This document shows, piece by piece, positions 7,574 through 17,163 of a DNA stretch of 64,000 nucleotides (the stretch's first letter is position 1; each line of letters begins with the position of its first letter). Below the pieces are notes generated by a model that did not search any database, was not told where the DNA came from, and saw nothing but the letters and a program-made list of their open reading frames with translations. Origin of the DNA: an uncultured Rhabdochlamydiaceae bacterium (GTDB taxonomy: Bacteria > Chlamydiota > Chlamydiia > Chlamydiales > Rhabdochlamydiaceae); assembly GCA_963712275.1 (NCBI GenBank), contig CAVQHD010000001.1, forward strand, positions 1,248,001 to 1,312,000, given 5' to 3'. A program made the position numbers and the translations under genes.

Positions 7574-10405
7574 CTATTGCAAACGAAGGTCTGTTGTCGT
7601 CTTCTTCTCCTGGCATCTGCTTAGGATGCGAAGAATAGAATCCAAGACCTCATCAAGACGTTTACCTACATCTTCAGCTAAAAATCGCAGAACCGTGTAG
7701 CCATTTTCTTGTAATAAAGCATCTTTCCGCCGGTCTCGGCGATATGCATCAGCATCACCAAAATGCTGGGCTCCATCGAGTTCAATTGCAAGGTGTGCTT
7801 CAGAGCAGAGCAAATCTACCTCCATTCGACCCCAGCCATCGAATGGAATATCAAGTTCTGTATTCAGCTGGAATCGTCCAGCCGTCTGAGGTAGCGTTTC
7901 AAGACGACGGAATAGGAAGCTTTCTGTTGCGCTTCGAGCACGATTCGCTCCCTCTGCTTCCGGAGGGAGAATCGAAGCGACTTGAACAAACAGATGCGCA
8001 AGAGGCATGTCTACCCCATCACGGATGAGCCGTCTGACGCTACCCGCATAGTCTGCTTTCCAAGCTGGATCAACGGGAAGCGGAATTTGAGCCGGCCACC
8101 CAGGAATGGCACTAGCGGGGAGTAGGATCTTATATCCCACAGCTTCATAACCTTGGCAGCGCCGGTTGAACATTCTCTCTAACATCGGCACACCAAGATC
8201 AGCATAGTCATATACCTGCGCTTCTTTTTTATGCGCATATAGACGATGCAGCCTACCAACATACTGAGCGATAGTTCCTTTCCATGAAATGGGCATGGTA
8301 AGAAATAAAGTGTCCAGGCGGGCATCATCAAAGCCCTCACCGACAAATTTGCCAGTTGCAAGCAGAACTCTAGGCTCATTTGCAGGAATGGCGGCTATTC
8401 GGCTGGTCACTTGAGCGATTTCCTTTGAACTCATTCCGCCGCGAAGCACAACTAGATGGTGAATATGTGGAGAAAGCCGTTCGAACAGGCAATCGAGATG
8501 TTCATTTCGTTCAGTCAGCACTAGAGGTGACCTATCGCTTTGAACTGCATAAATGACTTCATTGCAAATTAGCTGGTTGCGATCTTCGTCTCGGATGAGC
8601 TCATCATATAGATCATTAAATTGAAGGCGAGTATCTTCATTTGCCGGCTTGATAGGAGAAAATGCGGTTGGCCTGACAAATACGGTGTGCTCAAATGGGC
8701 GCAACTCAGCTGCAGCCTTGGCGTCTACTCGGTAGCGCACAGGGCCGCATCTCATAAGGATGATCGGATGATGGCCATCTTTTCGTGTCAGAGTGGCTGT
8801 GAGTCCTGTAAGATATTTGGGTTTAGATTGACGGGCCACTTGCTCAAAACTGAAAGCTGGTAAGTGATGGCACTCATCGACAATTAAATGGCCATATTGA
8901 GAGACAATATCATCAACGACTCCCTTACGTACAAGGCTTTGAATTACTGCTACATCAATCAGTCCTGTAGGCTTTCTCTTTCCTCCACCAATACGACCTA
9001 TGGCATTTTTCGGCAGCTCAAGGAATGAGGAAAGTCTTTCAATCCATTGTTCTTGCAATTGCGTTCGATGCACAAGGATCAGGGTATTTACCTTCCTTTT
9101 GGAGATGAGCCATGCGCCAATAACGGTTTTGCCAAATGCAGTCGTTGCTGACAGAACGCCAAAGTTTGTTTTAAGCATTGCAGCAGCAGCAGCCTTTTGC
9201 TCAGGACGTAATTCGCCCAGGAATTTTGCCGTAACAGAAGTCCCTGCTTGCAGTTCATCTCGAATAACTGACTTGATTTTCAGATCAGAGAGTAGGAGAC
9301 AAATATCCTCAAGACAACCTCGTGGCAGTCCTATATGATCAGAGTGATCTGCAACACATGAAATCATTCTTGGTTTTTCATGAGTTGGGAGTCTCATTGC
9401 TTGAGCTTTGTAAAATTCGGGATTAGGAAATGCTGCAAGGCGCATCAACCGATTTCTTAACCACGGAGATAGCCCATTTTTGGGGATATAGATCTCATTT
9501 CCAACGACGATTTCCAAACTTTCTGGCAGGTCAATACTGGCAGGGACTGTTTTGTTGTGAATAAATGGCCTATTCCATGGAGTAATGTCGTCTTCCTCGC
9601 TCATCCTGAGATGCATTCCAACGATGCGGCCCTTCCTTTCAGCAAGCGAGACAATCGTTTCGGCTTCCTGACGAGAAATCTTTCGTAATCCCGACAGGAA
9701 TGCCCATTGATCCTCATAGGCAATTAAATCCCCATTTACGAATACGCTATTTCCAAGATCTCGAGCTTTTTTCTGCAAAGGGAGTGCGATGAGATTCCCA
9801 AATCCACCTTGAGGCAGTGTATCCTGATTCGGAAAGAATCGATCATAAGAATCTAGCCCGACATCTGGCCGATGCTCCATTGTTTCAGTGAGAATATGGC
9901 AGCCTAGTTTTCGCGCGAGTATTGCTGGAATTGCTTCAGTAAAAAAGAGCCAGACGTGTGCGCCTTTGCCCGATCGAGAACGTTCCAATGCTGCGGGTAA
10001 ATTCAACTGATGACAGGTTTTGAGAAAAGCACGTGCATCCTCTTCCCAGCTGGATTTATCGAAATCAGCCGCCAGGAAGAAACAAGTTTCGTCCAACAAC
10101 ATTGGATAAAGGCCCATGACAAAGTCTTTTCCAAAGTCATCTTGACCGGAAAGATGCCATCGAACTACATCGTCTGCTACAGGAAGAAATCGCCTGTATC
10201 TGCATTCAGAACATTTGATTTTTGGTTTTTCGCAAATTCCTCGTACCCATTCGTTACCACACGCGGGTGAATAGCCTGATTTCCCCGTCTTCTTACTTTC
10301 AAATCGCCGAGGGTATAGATCTTCACGGCCTCGGAAAAGGGACCGGAATAGGGCGATTTTGGTACAGGAGGATGATTTTTGGGTAAGCTGGAGTTTCCCT
10401 TCCAT
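7574..10405 (-). CDS. AEP primase-like (TOTE-type) + SF2 helicase + DUF559 endonuclease fusion
   Basis: LFRSLFRGREDLY, FLAADFD, ERSRSGKGAHVW; TTAFGKT, DECHH, GLTAT, QYVGRLHR; EVDLL..LAIELDGAQH..RRDRRKD. Confidence 0.85.
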   Translation of the reverse strand: MEGKLQLTQKSSSCTKIALFRSLFRGREDLYPRRFESKKTGKSGYSPACGNEWVRGICEKPKIKCSECRYRRFLPVADDVVRWHLSGQDDFGKDFVMGLYPMLLDETCFFLAADFDKSSWEEDARAFLKTCHQLNLPAALERSRSGKGAHVWLFFTEAIPAILARKLGCHILTETMEHRPDVGLDSYDRFFPNQDTLPQGGFGNLIALPLQKKARDLGNSVFVNGDLIAYEDQWAFLSGLRKISRQEAETIVSLAERKGRIVGMHLRMSEEDDITPWNRPFIHNKTVPASIDLPESLEIVVGNEIYIPKNGLSPWLRNRLMRLAAFPNPEFYKAQAMRLPTHEKPRMISCVADHSDHIGLPRGCLEDICLLLSDLKIKSVIRDELQAGTSVTAKFLGELRPEQKAAAAAMLKTNFGVLSATTAFGKTVIGAWLISKRKVNTLILVHRTQLQEQWIERLSSFLELPKNAIGRIGGGKRKPTGLIDVAVIQSLVRKGVVDDIVSQYGHLIVDECHHLPAFSFEQVARQSKPKYLTGLTATLTRKDGHHPIILMRCGPVRYRVDAKAAAELRPFEHTVFVRPTAFSPIKPANEDTRLQFNDLYDELIRDEDRNQLICNEVIYAVQSDRSPLVLTERNEHLDCLFERLSPHIHHLVVLRGGMSSKEIAQVTSRIAAIPANEPRVLLATGKFVGEGFDDARLDTLFLTMPISWKGTIAQYVGRLHRLYAHKKEAQVYDYADLGVPMLERMFNRRCQGYEAVGYKILLPASAIPGWPAQIPLPVDPAWKADYAGSVRRLIRDGVDMPLAHLFVQVASILPPEAEGANRARSATESFLFRRLETLPQTAGRFQLNTELDIPFDGWGRMEVDLLCSEAHLAIELDGAQHFGDADAYRRDRRKDALLQENGYTVLRFLAEDVGKRLDEVLDSILRILSRCQEKKTTTDLRLQ

Positions 10406-10453
10406 TTAAATGGCCAATAATTTCAAGGGGAGTATAGAGGGTTTTGCCTGTCT

Positions 10454-11287
10454 TTACAACTCCTTAAAAAGAAATTCCCTGCATTCTTCAAACAAGCTTT
10501 TAGGGACTATTATCTTGGAGTACATTTTTTTGCCCATAGAGGCTTCGATGATAGACAGGGAGCTATCGAGCGAATAGCGAGAATCTATGTGAACGACGTA
10601 GAAGGCTTGTTGCCTTTTTGGCTTCATATCGTTTTTGTCGTTTAGTTGGTGCAATGGAGAAATAATGCAGGGTCGTTTGAACCCCCTATTCTCGGTATCG
10701 GAGAGTTTGTAAGACAAAAGGATTTCCCCAAAAGTAGTATAAATTTCAAAAGCTTGGTAATTAACAATATAAATAGCAGCGTCGGTCGAACGAGCATCCA
10801 GGAGTTTTGGCTGTATACCCTCAGTTGTATAGTCGATCTCAAAATTTGCAAAGAAAAAGGCTATTAATGCATCAAATGTAAAATCAATTATTGGAGAACC
10901 AGGAAGATTAATCTCTTTAATGCCATGAATTTTAGATTTTAAGAAATTTTGTTGGTGGTGCCGAGTTACTTCAAAATATCGGCACCCCTGTCCATTTAGT
11001 TTCCGAATCACTTCCTCGGATGGTTTCATTGATAAAAAGTAGTTTAAGAAGGACATAAGAGCTATTCCGTAAGATTTAACCTCTTCCCTAGTTAAAGGGT
11101 TACGGATCACTTCCAGGGTTTCCTTTGTAAAACCTCTTGAAAAAGAGGAGTTGATTTCCCAGGCTGCATTCCTTTGACCTCGATACATTAACTTGGGCCC
11201 GTGTTCTCTTTTTGCATCCTGAATGGCTTTAATCAGATCTTCTAGATTGGAGGGAGTCACCAAGTGGATGTCATTTGGATTCTGCAT
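10454..11287 (-). CDS. FRG domain protein
   Basis: LMYRGQ, PIIDFTFDALIAFFFA, KRQQAFY. Confidence 0.7.
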   Translation of the reverse strand: MQNPNDIHLVTPSNLEDLIKAIQDAKREHGPKLMYRGQRNAAWEINSSFSRGFTKETLEVIRNPLTREEVKSYGIALMSFLNYFLSMKPSEEVIRKLNGQGCRYFEVTRHHQQNFLKSKIHGIKEINLPGSPIIDFTFDALIAFFFANFEIDYTTEGIQPKLLDARSTDAAIYIVNYQAFEIYTTFGEILLSYKLSDTENRGFKRPCIISPLHQLNDKNDMKPKRQQAFYVVHIDSRYSLDSSLSIIEASMGKKMYSKIIVPKSLFEECREFLFKEL

Positions 11288-11345
11288 GATTTATGTCCTT
11301 TTCGACAGAAAGATATCTCTTATCCTAAGAATGTTAAGGTATAGG

Positions 11346-11412
11346 TTGACTACTAATTTCTTAAATGATAATAATGCATACAGAATCAAATAAGTGCAAA
11401 CATTTCTATCAT
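11346..11412 (+). promoter_or_regulatory. abiE promoter with overlapping imperfect inverted repeat
   Basis: TTGACT, then AT-rich -10 candidates; ATGATAATAATG...CATTTCTATCAT. Confidence 0.45.
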
Positions 11413-12021
11413 ATGAAGTCAAAAAAAGTTGATCCCATAGAGGTTTTTCGGCAGCACAATGGTATCCTACGTACCGCTGAAGCTATAAAATTAGGGATAC
11501 ACCCTACCTATTTGTACAGGCTTCGCGATGCAGGAATTCTTGAATCATTAGGCCGAGGTGTTTTTCGACTGGCTTCTATGCCTGATTTTTCAGAACCCGA
11601 TTTGGTCTTGGCTACAAAAAGAATTCCTCAGGGGGTTATCTGCCTAATCTCTGCATTATCCTACTATGAATTAACAACTCAAATCCCTCATTTTGTCTAT
11701 ATAGCCCTGCCTAGAACTTCCAGACTACCTCAAGCCGGCTATCCTCCCTTACGTTGTTTTTGGTATTCTAAGGGCGCTTATGAGGCGGGCATTGAAACAA
11801 TCTCAGTGAATGGATTTCCTGTTAAAATCTATAGCATCGAAAAAACTTTAGCCGACTGTCTAAAATTTCGGCAAAAAATTGGAATGGATGTCGTTCTAGA
11901 AGCATTAAAAGAGTATTGGAGAAAAGGTCGAACAAACCTTGACAAGCTCTACGATTATGCAAAGATATGTCGTGTTGAAAAAATTCTTCAACCCATCATT
12001 GAAACAATTGTGAGTCAATAG
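11413..12021 (+). CDS. abiEi: Type IV TA antitoxin, AbiEi family
   Basis: GILRTAEA..LGI HTH, GVICLISALSYYELTTQIP, IYSIEKTLADC. Confidence 0.88.
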   Translation: MKSKKVDPIEVFRQHNGILRTAEAIKLGIHPTYLYRLRDAGILESLGRGVFRLASMPDFSEPDLVLATKRIPQGVICLISALSYYELTTQIPHFVYIALPRTSRLPQAGYPPLRCFWYSKGAYEAGIETISVNGFPVKIYSIEKTLADCLKFRQKIGMDVVLEALKEYWRKGRTNLDKLYDYAKICRVEKILQPIIETIVSQ

Positions 12022-12023
12022 CC

Positions 12024-12902
12024 ATGAATATTGAAAAGAAAAATCTACCTGAGTCTGTTTGCAGCAGATTAAAAAACATTGCTTTAGCAAAAAATCGCCC
12101 CACGCAGGAAGTTCTTAGATATTATGCGATGGAGAGATTTTTATATCGTCTGAGTGTTTCCCAGCATAAAAGATCTTTCTTTTTGAAAGGAGGTCTAATG
12201 TTAATGGTTTGGGATCCTGCGACACACCGTGCAACTGTTGATATAGACCTGCTCGCAAAAGCTAGCAACTCTATTGAAAATATTTCACGAATTCTCAAAG
12301 AAATTTGCTCTCATCCTGTTCTAAAAGACGGTATCGAATTCAATTCTACAGAGCTCATTCTTGCCGAATCCCAAGTTGAAACAGAATACACTGGCCTGTC
12401 AGCCCGTTTTTCAGCACATTTGCATACTGCTAAACTACCGTTGAGAATCGATATCGGGTTCAGCGACAAGATTTTCCCTAAGCCAGCCACTGTGGATTAC
12501 CCTGCATTATTAGATTTTCCTTCCCCTGAGCTTCAAGGATATACACCGGAGACAATGATTGCCGAAAAATTAGATGCAATGGTGAAACTTGGCCTTGCAA
12601 ATAGCAGGATGAAGGATTTTTATGACATATGGACAATTGTCAATCAGTTTCAGATCAAACCAGAGAAGATAGCTCCTGTGATTAAGGATGTCTTTCAAAA
12701 TAGGAAAACTGTTGTGCGGGAAATCCCAAAGGCATTTTCTGAAGCTTTCTATAATATGCCAAAAACATTGGAACGATGGGATGCCTTTCTTAAAGGGATT
12801 GGACATGATCCGGTGCCCCTTGAAAAAGTGATATTCGAAATTAGGGATTTTTTCCTCCCAATTTTGTCTGAAAATAATAGCCAATTCGTAGGAATCGGCT
12901 AA
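12024..12902 (+). CDS. abiEii: AbiEii/AbiGii nucleotidyltransferase toxin
   Basis: FFLKGG, RATVDIDL, IAEKL, SRMKDFYD. Confidence 0.9.
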   Translation: MNIEKKNLPESVCSRLKNIALAKNRPTQEVLRYYAMERFLYRLSVSQHKRSFFLKGGLMLMVWDPATHRATVDIDLLAKASNSIENISRILKEICSHPVLKDGIEFNSTELILAESQVETEYTGLSARFSAHLHTAKLPLRIDIGFSDKIFPKPATVDYPALLDFPSPELQGYTPETMIAEKLDAMVKLGLANSRMKDFYDIWTIVNQFQIKPEKIAPVIKDVFQNRKTVVREIPKAFSEAFYNMPKTLERWDAFLKGIGHDPVPLEKVIFEIRDFFLPILSENNSQFVGIG

Positions 12903-12905
12903 TGA

Positions 12906-13448
12906 TTGCTGGAGCTAGAAATGAATAGATGGTTCATATCCGATACTCACTTCTCTCATGCCAATATCATCGGCTATACTGGACGTCCTTTTCAATCCGT
13001 CAGCGAAATGAATGAGAAACTTATTGCGAATTGGAATGCTCTTGTTGAGCCGCAGGATGTAGTCTTCTTCCTGGGTGATTTCGGTTTAGGTACGACTCAC
13101 TTTCTTACCAGTCTTTGCGCACGTCTTCATGGAAATAAGGTTTGCATCCGAGGCAACCATGATGGAACTCCCGCTAAAATGCATACGATTGGATTTACGC
13201 TTGTTCTAGAGTCAGCTTTCATCAAGATCGGCCGCCACCAAATCGAGCTTGTTCACATCCCTAGTCAACCCGCGCCCTCTCATTTTCAACTTCATGGCCA
13301 TGTTCATGAAAAACGACCCAACAAGCTCGTTGATCGACAACTCAATCTTTCCGTCGAAGTCTGGGATTACAAGCCTGTTCCTGAAAAGACGATCGTTGCT
13401 CTGCTGGATCGTGCAGATCCTCTTTTACAGAATGTCACGGCTCTCTGA
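12906..13448 (+). CDS. Calcineurin-like metallophosphoesterase
   Basis: SDTHF, LGDF, GNHD, HGHVH. Confidence 0.88.
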   Translation: MLELEMNRWFISDTHFSHANIIGYTGRPFQSVSEMNEKLIANWNALVEPQDVVFFLGDFGLGTTHFLTSLCARLHGNKVCIRGNHDGTPAKMHTIGFTLVLESAFIKIGRHQIELVHIPSQPAPSHFQLHGHVHEKRPNKLVDRQLNLSVEVWDYKPVPEKTIVALLDRADPLLQNVTAL

Positions 13449-13701
13449 TCCTTTTGTTGCCTTTTAGATGTTCACTGGTTGTGACTGTTCAATAAATAAT
13501 GAACAGCTGAATCCGGTGAACAGATAAGAAGTTAGTGTTCTTGAAAATCAATGACTTAAGTTCGTTGATGCAATGTGCCACATCTATTCAACAAGCGTGA
13601 TCTTTTAAATTTTCTCCACTGACGCCATTTTTCGTTCCAACAGTTTGCGATAAAATTCAAACAATTACAACTAAACTCGTGCTATAACAATAGGAGCAAA
13701 C

Positions 13702-14838
13702 ATGGAACAGAGAGAAAGCTTGTATAGAGCTGATAATGACCTGAAAGGAATTACGATGCGGACGCATAAGCATTGCCAGTCTTATCGGGTGCGCATTCGG
13801 ATGAAGGGCGGGCAGTATTTTGACAGGTCCTTCAAATCGAAGACACTGGCTAAAAAATGGAAGAGGGATATGGAATCAGCCATTGAACACGACAGGTACG
13901 AATTTACCAACCCTGCAACGAAGCACACTCTTGCAGAATTAATCGATCTGTACATAGAAAGGGTTCTTCCTTCCAAACCAAAGAATGCAAAAAATACTCT
14001 TCGACATTTGCTTTGGTGGAAGCAAGAGCTTGGGCATCTCTTGTTGGTTCAGATAAGACCGAGCCTGATCGCTGAAAAGCGGGATGAATTGCTTGCAGGT
14101 TTTGTCAGGGATAGCAAGCTGCGCTCTCCCTCTACTGTTGTGCGCTATTTGAGCAGCCTCTCGCATGTCTTTTCAAAGGCTGTCAAAGAGTGGGAATGGC
14201 TGAGAGAAAACCCCGTCTTCAAGATTGAAAAGCCCAAGCAAGCACAGGGACGCAAGCGGGTTTTAGATGAAGTAGAGCAAAAGAGGCTTCTACAGGCATG
14301 CGAAGAGAGTGGTTCAAAGGACTTGTTTTTGGTTGTCGCTCTTGCACTTGGTACAGGAATGCGCAAAGGAGAAATTATGAGCCTTCGATGGAAGGACATC
14401 AACTTTAGCGATGAGAAGGCGATTATCTTCTTGGAGAAGACCAAAAATAGCAGGCCGCGATCGATTCTTATCACAGGACTGTTATTAAACCTTTTACAGA
14501 ATCGCCAAGCAAATCAGCGAGGGGATAGTCTTCTCTTTCCTTCCCCCCATTGTCCAAGTCGACCTATTGATATTAGATCCGCTTGGGAAAAGGCTTTGGA
14601 TAAGGCTGGTATAGAGGGATTTGTTTTTCATGGGTTGCGCCATCAGGCTGCTTCCTGTGCAGCCACCATTGAAAATAACCCGCTGGTCATCGGAGAACTG
14701 CTTGGCCATGAAACTCTTCAAATGACAAGGCACTATGTTCATCTTCCTAGCGTGCACATGCATGCAATGGTGGAGGCTCTTCAAACCAAAGTTTTTCAGA
14801 ATTATCGGGAGGTCAAAAATGAGCAACCCAGAAAGTAA
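13702..14838 (+). CDS. Tyrosine recombinase/integrase (second, internal)
   Basis: GTGMRKGE, HGLRH, LGH..LQMTRHY. Confidence 0.92.
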   Translation: MEQRESLYRADNDLKGITMRTHKHCQSYRVRIRMKGGQYFDRSFKSKTLAKKWKRDMESAIEHDRYEFTNPATKHTLAELIDLYIERVLPSKPKNAKNTLRHLLWWKQELGHLLLVQIRPSLIAEKRDELLAGFVRDSKLRSPSTVVRYLSSLSHVFSKAVKEWEWLRENPVFKIEKPKQAQGRKRVLDEVEQKRLLQACEESGSKDLFLVVALALGTGMRKGEIMSLRWKDINFSDEKAIIFLEKTKNSRPRSILITGLLLNLLQNRQANQRGDSLLFPSPHCPSRPIDIRSAWEKALDKAGIEGFVFHGLRHQAASCAATIENNPLVIGELLGHETLQMTRHYVHLPSVHMHAMVEALQTKVFQNYREVKNEQPRK

Positions 14839-15547
14839 ACTACTCCCGACTCGAGAGTTTTGGAGATCTGAGCTTTTGACTGAAGAAGAGATCTATAAGA
14901 GTTTGAAAGATGATTATTGGACCGCCAGGACAGCAGCCTACTACATTTTGGGTCTAAAAGCTCCTGATTTAGAAAGCCTTCAAGAGGAAAAGAAACTCTG
15001 CCCTGACTTCGAAAGGTATCATGACCTCTTCGAGGAATGCTTTAAAAAGGGGAAAATAACAGTTCACTCCCACTGCTTGGAATATGGAAAAACAGTTTGC
15101 ACAGCCCTTCCGGTTGACTGGCTGAAGCTCGTTCATAAAGGTAGGCTGAAGGATGATGCGATTGAAGATAGGGACGTTAAAAGGGCTGGGCTTTATGTGG
15201 CTCCAGCACTTACCGCAGCATGGCTTCTAATAGAAGGTAAAGCCGTTTTTTCAAAGAGACGGCCTGCTCAAGAACGAGAAGACATGCTTTTTGCTTGGAG
15301 TGCAGCAAGAAAGCTGAGAAAGAATTTTTCAAATCTTTCAACTCGTCAGATGGCGCAAATCATCTACAAGCACTGTTCTAAGCTTCAGAAATACCCCTTC
15401 AAGACAGTGTATGGCTGGGTAATCGACTCAGCGACACCCATGAATGAAGTTCCTCAGCAGCAGAGGCGGGATAGAAATGGCCGTCCCAAAAAAGACAGCT
15501 ATACAAAGCTCGTTTTCGACTTTACTTCGTATTTCGACGATCTCTAA
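14819..15547 (+). CDS. Hypothetical protein, possible C-terminal HTH
   Basis: GGAGG RBS; overlaps the integrase end. Confidence 0.6.
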   Translation: MSNPESKLLPTREFWRSELLTEEEIYKSLKDDYWTARTAAYYILGLKAPDLESLQEEKKLCPDFERYHDLFEECFKKGKITVHSHCLEYGKTVCTALPVDWLKLVHKGRLKDDAIEDRDVKRAGLYVAPALTAAWLLIEGKAVFSKRRPAQEREDMLFAWSAARKLRKNFSNLSTRQMAQIIYKHCSKLQKYPFKTVYGWVIDSATPMNEVPQQQRRDRNGRPKKDSYTKLVFDFTSYFDDL

Positions 15548-15662
15548 TCCACTCATACTCAATGAATTTTGGATGTTTTCCACCGAAGACATTTTTTAAC
15601 CACGGCAAGTTGCCATAAAATGCGGTTATTTAATTCAAACTGCAATAGCAGAGGAGTATGAG

Positions 15663-15965
15663 ATGAGAAACGACAGACAAGATTCGAAAAAAAGCGTTGA
15701 GGGAATAGCGGAGGACTCAAAGCAGACACGATTCATCCCTGTGTCGAAATGGAATGAGTTTCATGAATGGCCTCCAGTCGGTGGAATGCGCCATTTGATC
15801 TTTTTTCGAAACGAAAATGGATTTGCCAAAGTGTTAAAGCGTCCTAATCGCACCTGGCTCATTGATGAGAAGGCTTTTTTTAAGTGGGTGTCGGAGAAAA
15901 AGTACAGACCCCGCAAAAAGGAGACCGAAGTCCAGGAAAACGCTAAAATCGCAGTACAGCCATGA
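15663..15965 (+). CDS. Small excisionase-like DNA-binding protein
   Basis: WPPVGGMRHLIF...WLIDEKAFFKWV; lies between integrase and rep-like gene. Confidence 0.55.
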   Translation: MRNDRQDSKKSVEGIAEDSKQTRFIPVSKWNEFHEWPPVGGMRHLIFFRNENGFAKVLKRPNRTWLIDEKAFFKWVSEKKYRPRKKETEVQENAKIAVQP

Positions 15966-16996
15966 AAACGTCCGAAGGATTTGTAAAACTCTATCGAGAA
16001 GCATTTGATCTGCTTAAAGATAGTCGTCCAGCTTTTTTGCTGCTTCTTTTAATAGGTTTTCGTGCAAAGCGAATAGACCCGACCTATTCGGTCCACAAGC
16101 TCAAAGCTAACGAAGCTTTCCTCGGAGATTATGACACCATTGGCTTGACTAGGTCTGAGTATAGAACTGCTATGGAGAAACTTGAGAAAGATGGACTTGT
16201 GAAATTTCAAGCAACCACTAGAGGAACGATAGCAACTCTTATCAGTATATCTCTCTTGGATATCAATGCGGAGTCAGATGAAACAGATGATAGAGCGCCA
16301 TCAGATAGCCATCTAGTCGCCATCGCACAGCCAACGGTTGACCAAGCAATCGCCACCTTATCGCCATCAGAAAAGCCATCAAAATTGTCTATGGAAAATC
16401 AAGACAGTCAACCATCAGAAAAACCAACGGATCGCCATCAAATCGCCTTCAGGCCGCCAAGAGATAGCCAACCCGTCGCCAGCAAGTCGCCACTAACAAA
16501 GAAGGAAGAAAAAGAAGAAGAAAAAAGAGCTGCAGCAGCCTATTCACGCACTTTTTACAAATGCTTGGATGGATTGGATTTGAGCGATCAGGAGAAAAGA
16601 TCCCTAATGTTCTATAGCGAATATCGTGTGGCTCATGCTGTAGAATTCGTGAAAAAAAAGAAAAACGTCGACAGTCCCATCGGGCTGATGATGTGGGTTT
16701 GTCAACAGCCTAGCCTTCCTGAGCTTCCCAAGGGAAATCAAAAAAGCCTAACTCCTCAGCAAAAGCTTGCTTGGGAGTACAACCAATTTCTTAGCAGCAA
16801 TGGCTATACTGCTCAAGCAAAGCAAAATGAGGAAAAGATCCCCAATGATCGAATGGTGATTTTAGAACAGGGACAACTTATGCCGATTACGCTAAACCAT
16901 CCCCTTCAGATCTTGCAGGAAGATTTTCGAAAATCAAAGGAGGAGATCCTAAAAAGTCAGAGGATAGTTCGGAGGCTGCAAAATGATAAATTGTGA
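15962..16996 (+). CDS. Phage-type replication initiator-like protein
   Basis: GFVKLYR N-terminus, wHTH-like GLTRSEYRTAMEKLEKDGLV, low-complexity linker encoded by periodic repeats. Confidence 0.6.
   Translation: MKTSEGFVKLYREAFDLLKDSRPAFLLLLLIGFRAKRIDPTYSVHKLKANEAFLGDYDTIGLTRSEYRTAMEKLEKDGLVKFQATTRGTIATLISISLLDINAESDETDDRAPSDSHLVAIAQPTVDQAIATLSPSEKPSKLSMENQDSQPSEKPTDRHQIAFRPPRDSQPVASKSPLTKKEEKEEEKRAAAAYSRTFYKCLDGLDLSDQEKRSLMFYSEYRVAHAVEFVKKKKNVDSPIGLMMWVCQQPSLPELPKGNQKSLTPQQKLAWEYNQFLSSNGYTAQAKQNEEKIPNDRMVILEQGQLMPITLNHPLQILQEDFRKSKEEILKSQRIVRRLQNDKL
16294..16493 (+). repeat. Iteron-like arrays inside the rep-like gene
   Basis: Two runs of ~8 (C/A)GCCA-type units at 11-12 bp spacing. Confidence 0.7.
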
Positions 16997-17124
16997 GACA
17001 TACTGGGGAGACTTTAGGGAGGGGTTTTGCGGAGCTAATAAAAAGGAGGATTTTTTTTGCAAAACCCACCCTTAAATCAATCCCTCCTTTGACTAGGAGG
17101 TCAAAGTGCTTCATGATAATAAAA

Positions 17125-17157
17125 CAAACGTCGCTCTCATAATCGAAAGCGACGTTT
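17125..17157. terminator. Probable bidirectional terminator
   Basis: AAACGTCGCT...AGCGACGTTT hairpin between convergent genes. Confidence 0.6.
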
Positions 17158-17163
17158 CTTATC

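Noticed and set aside
16294..16493. Possible CRISPR array
   Set aside because: Units are ~11 bp and degenerate, with no spacers or cas genes; no CRISPR array was seen in the window
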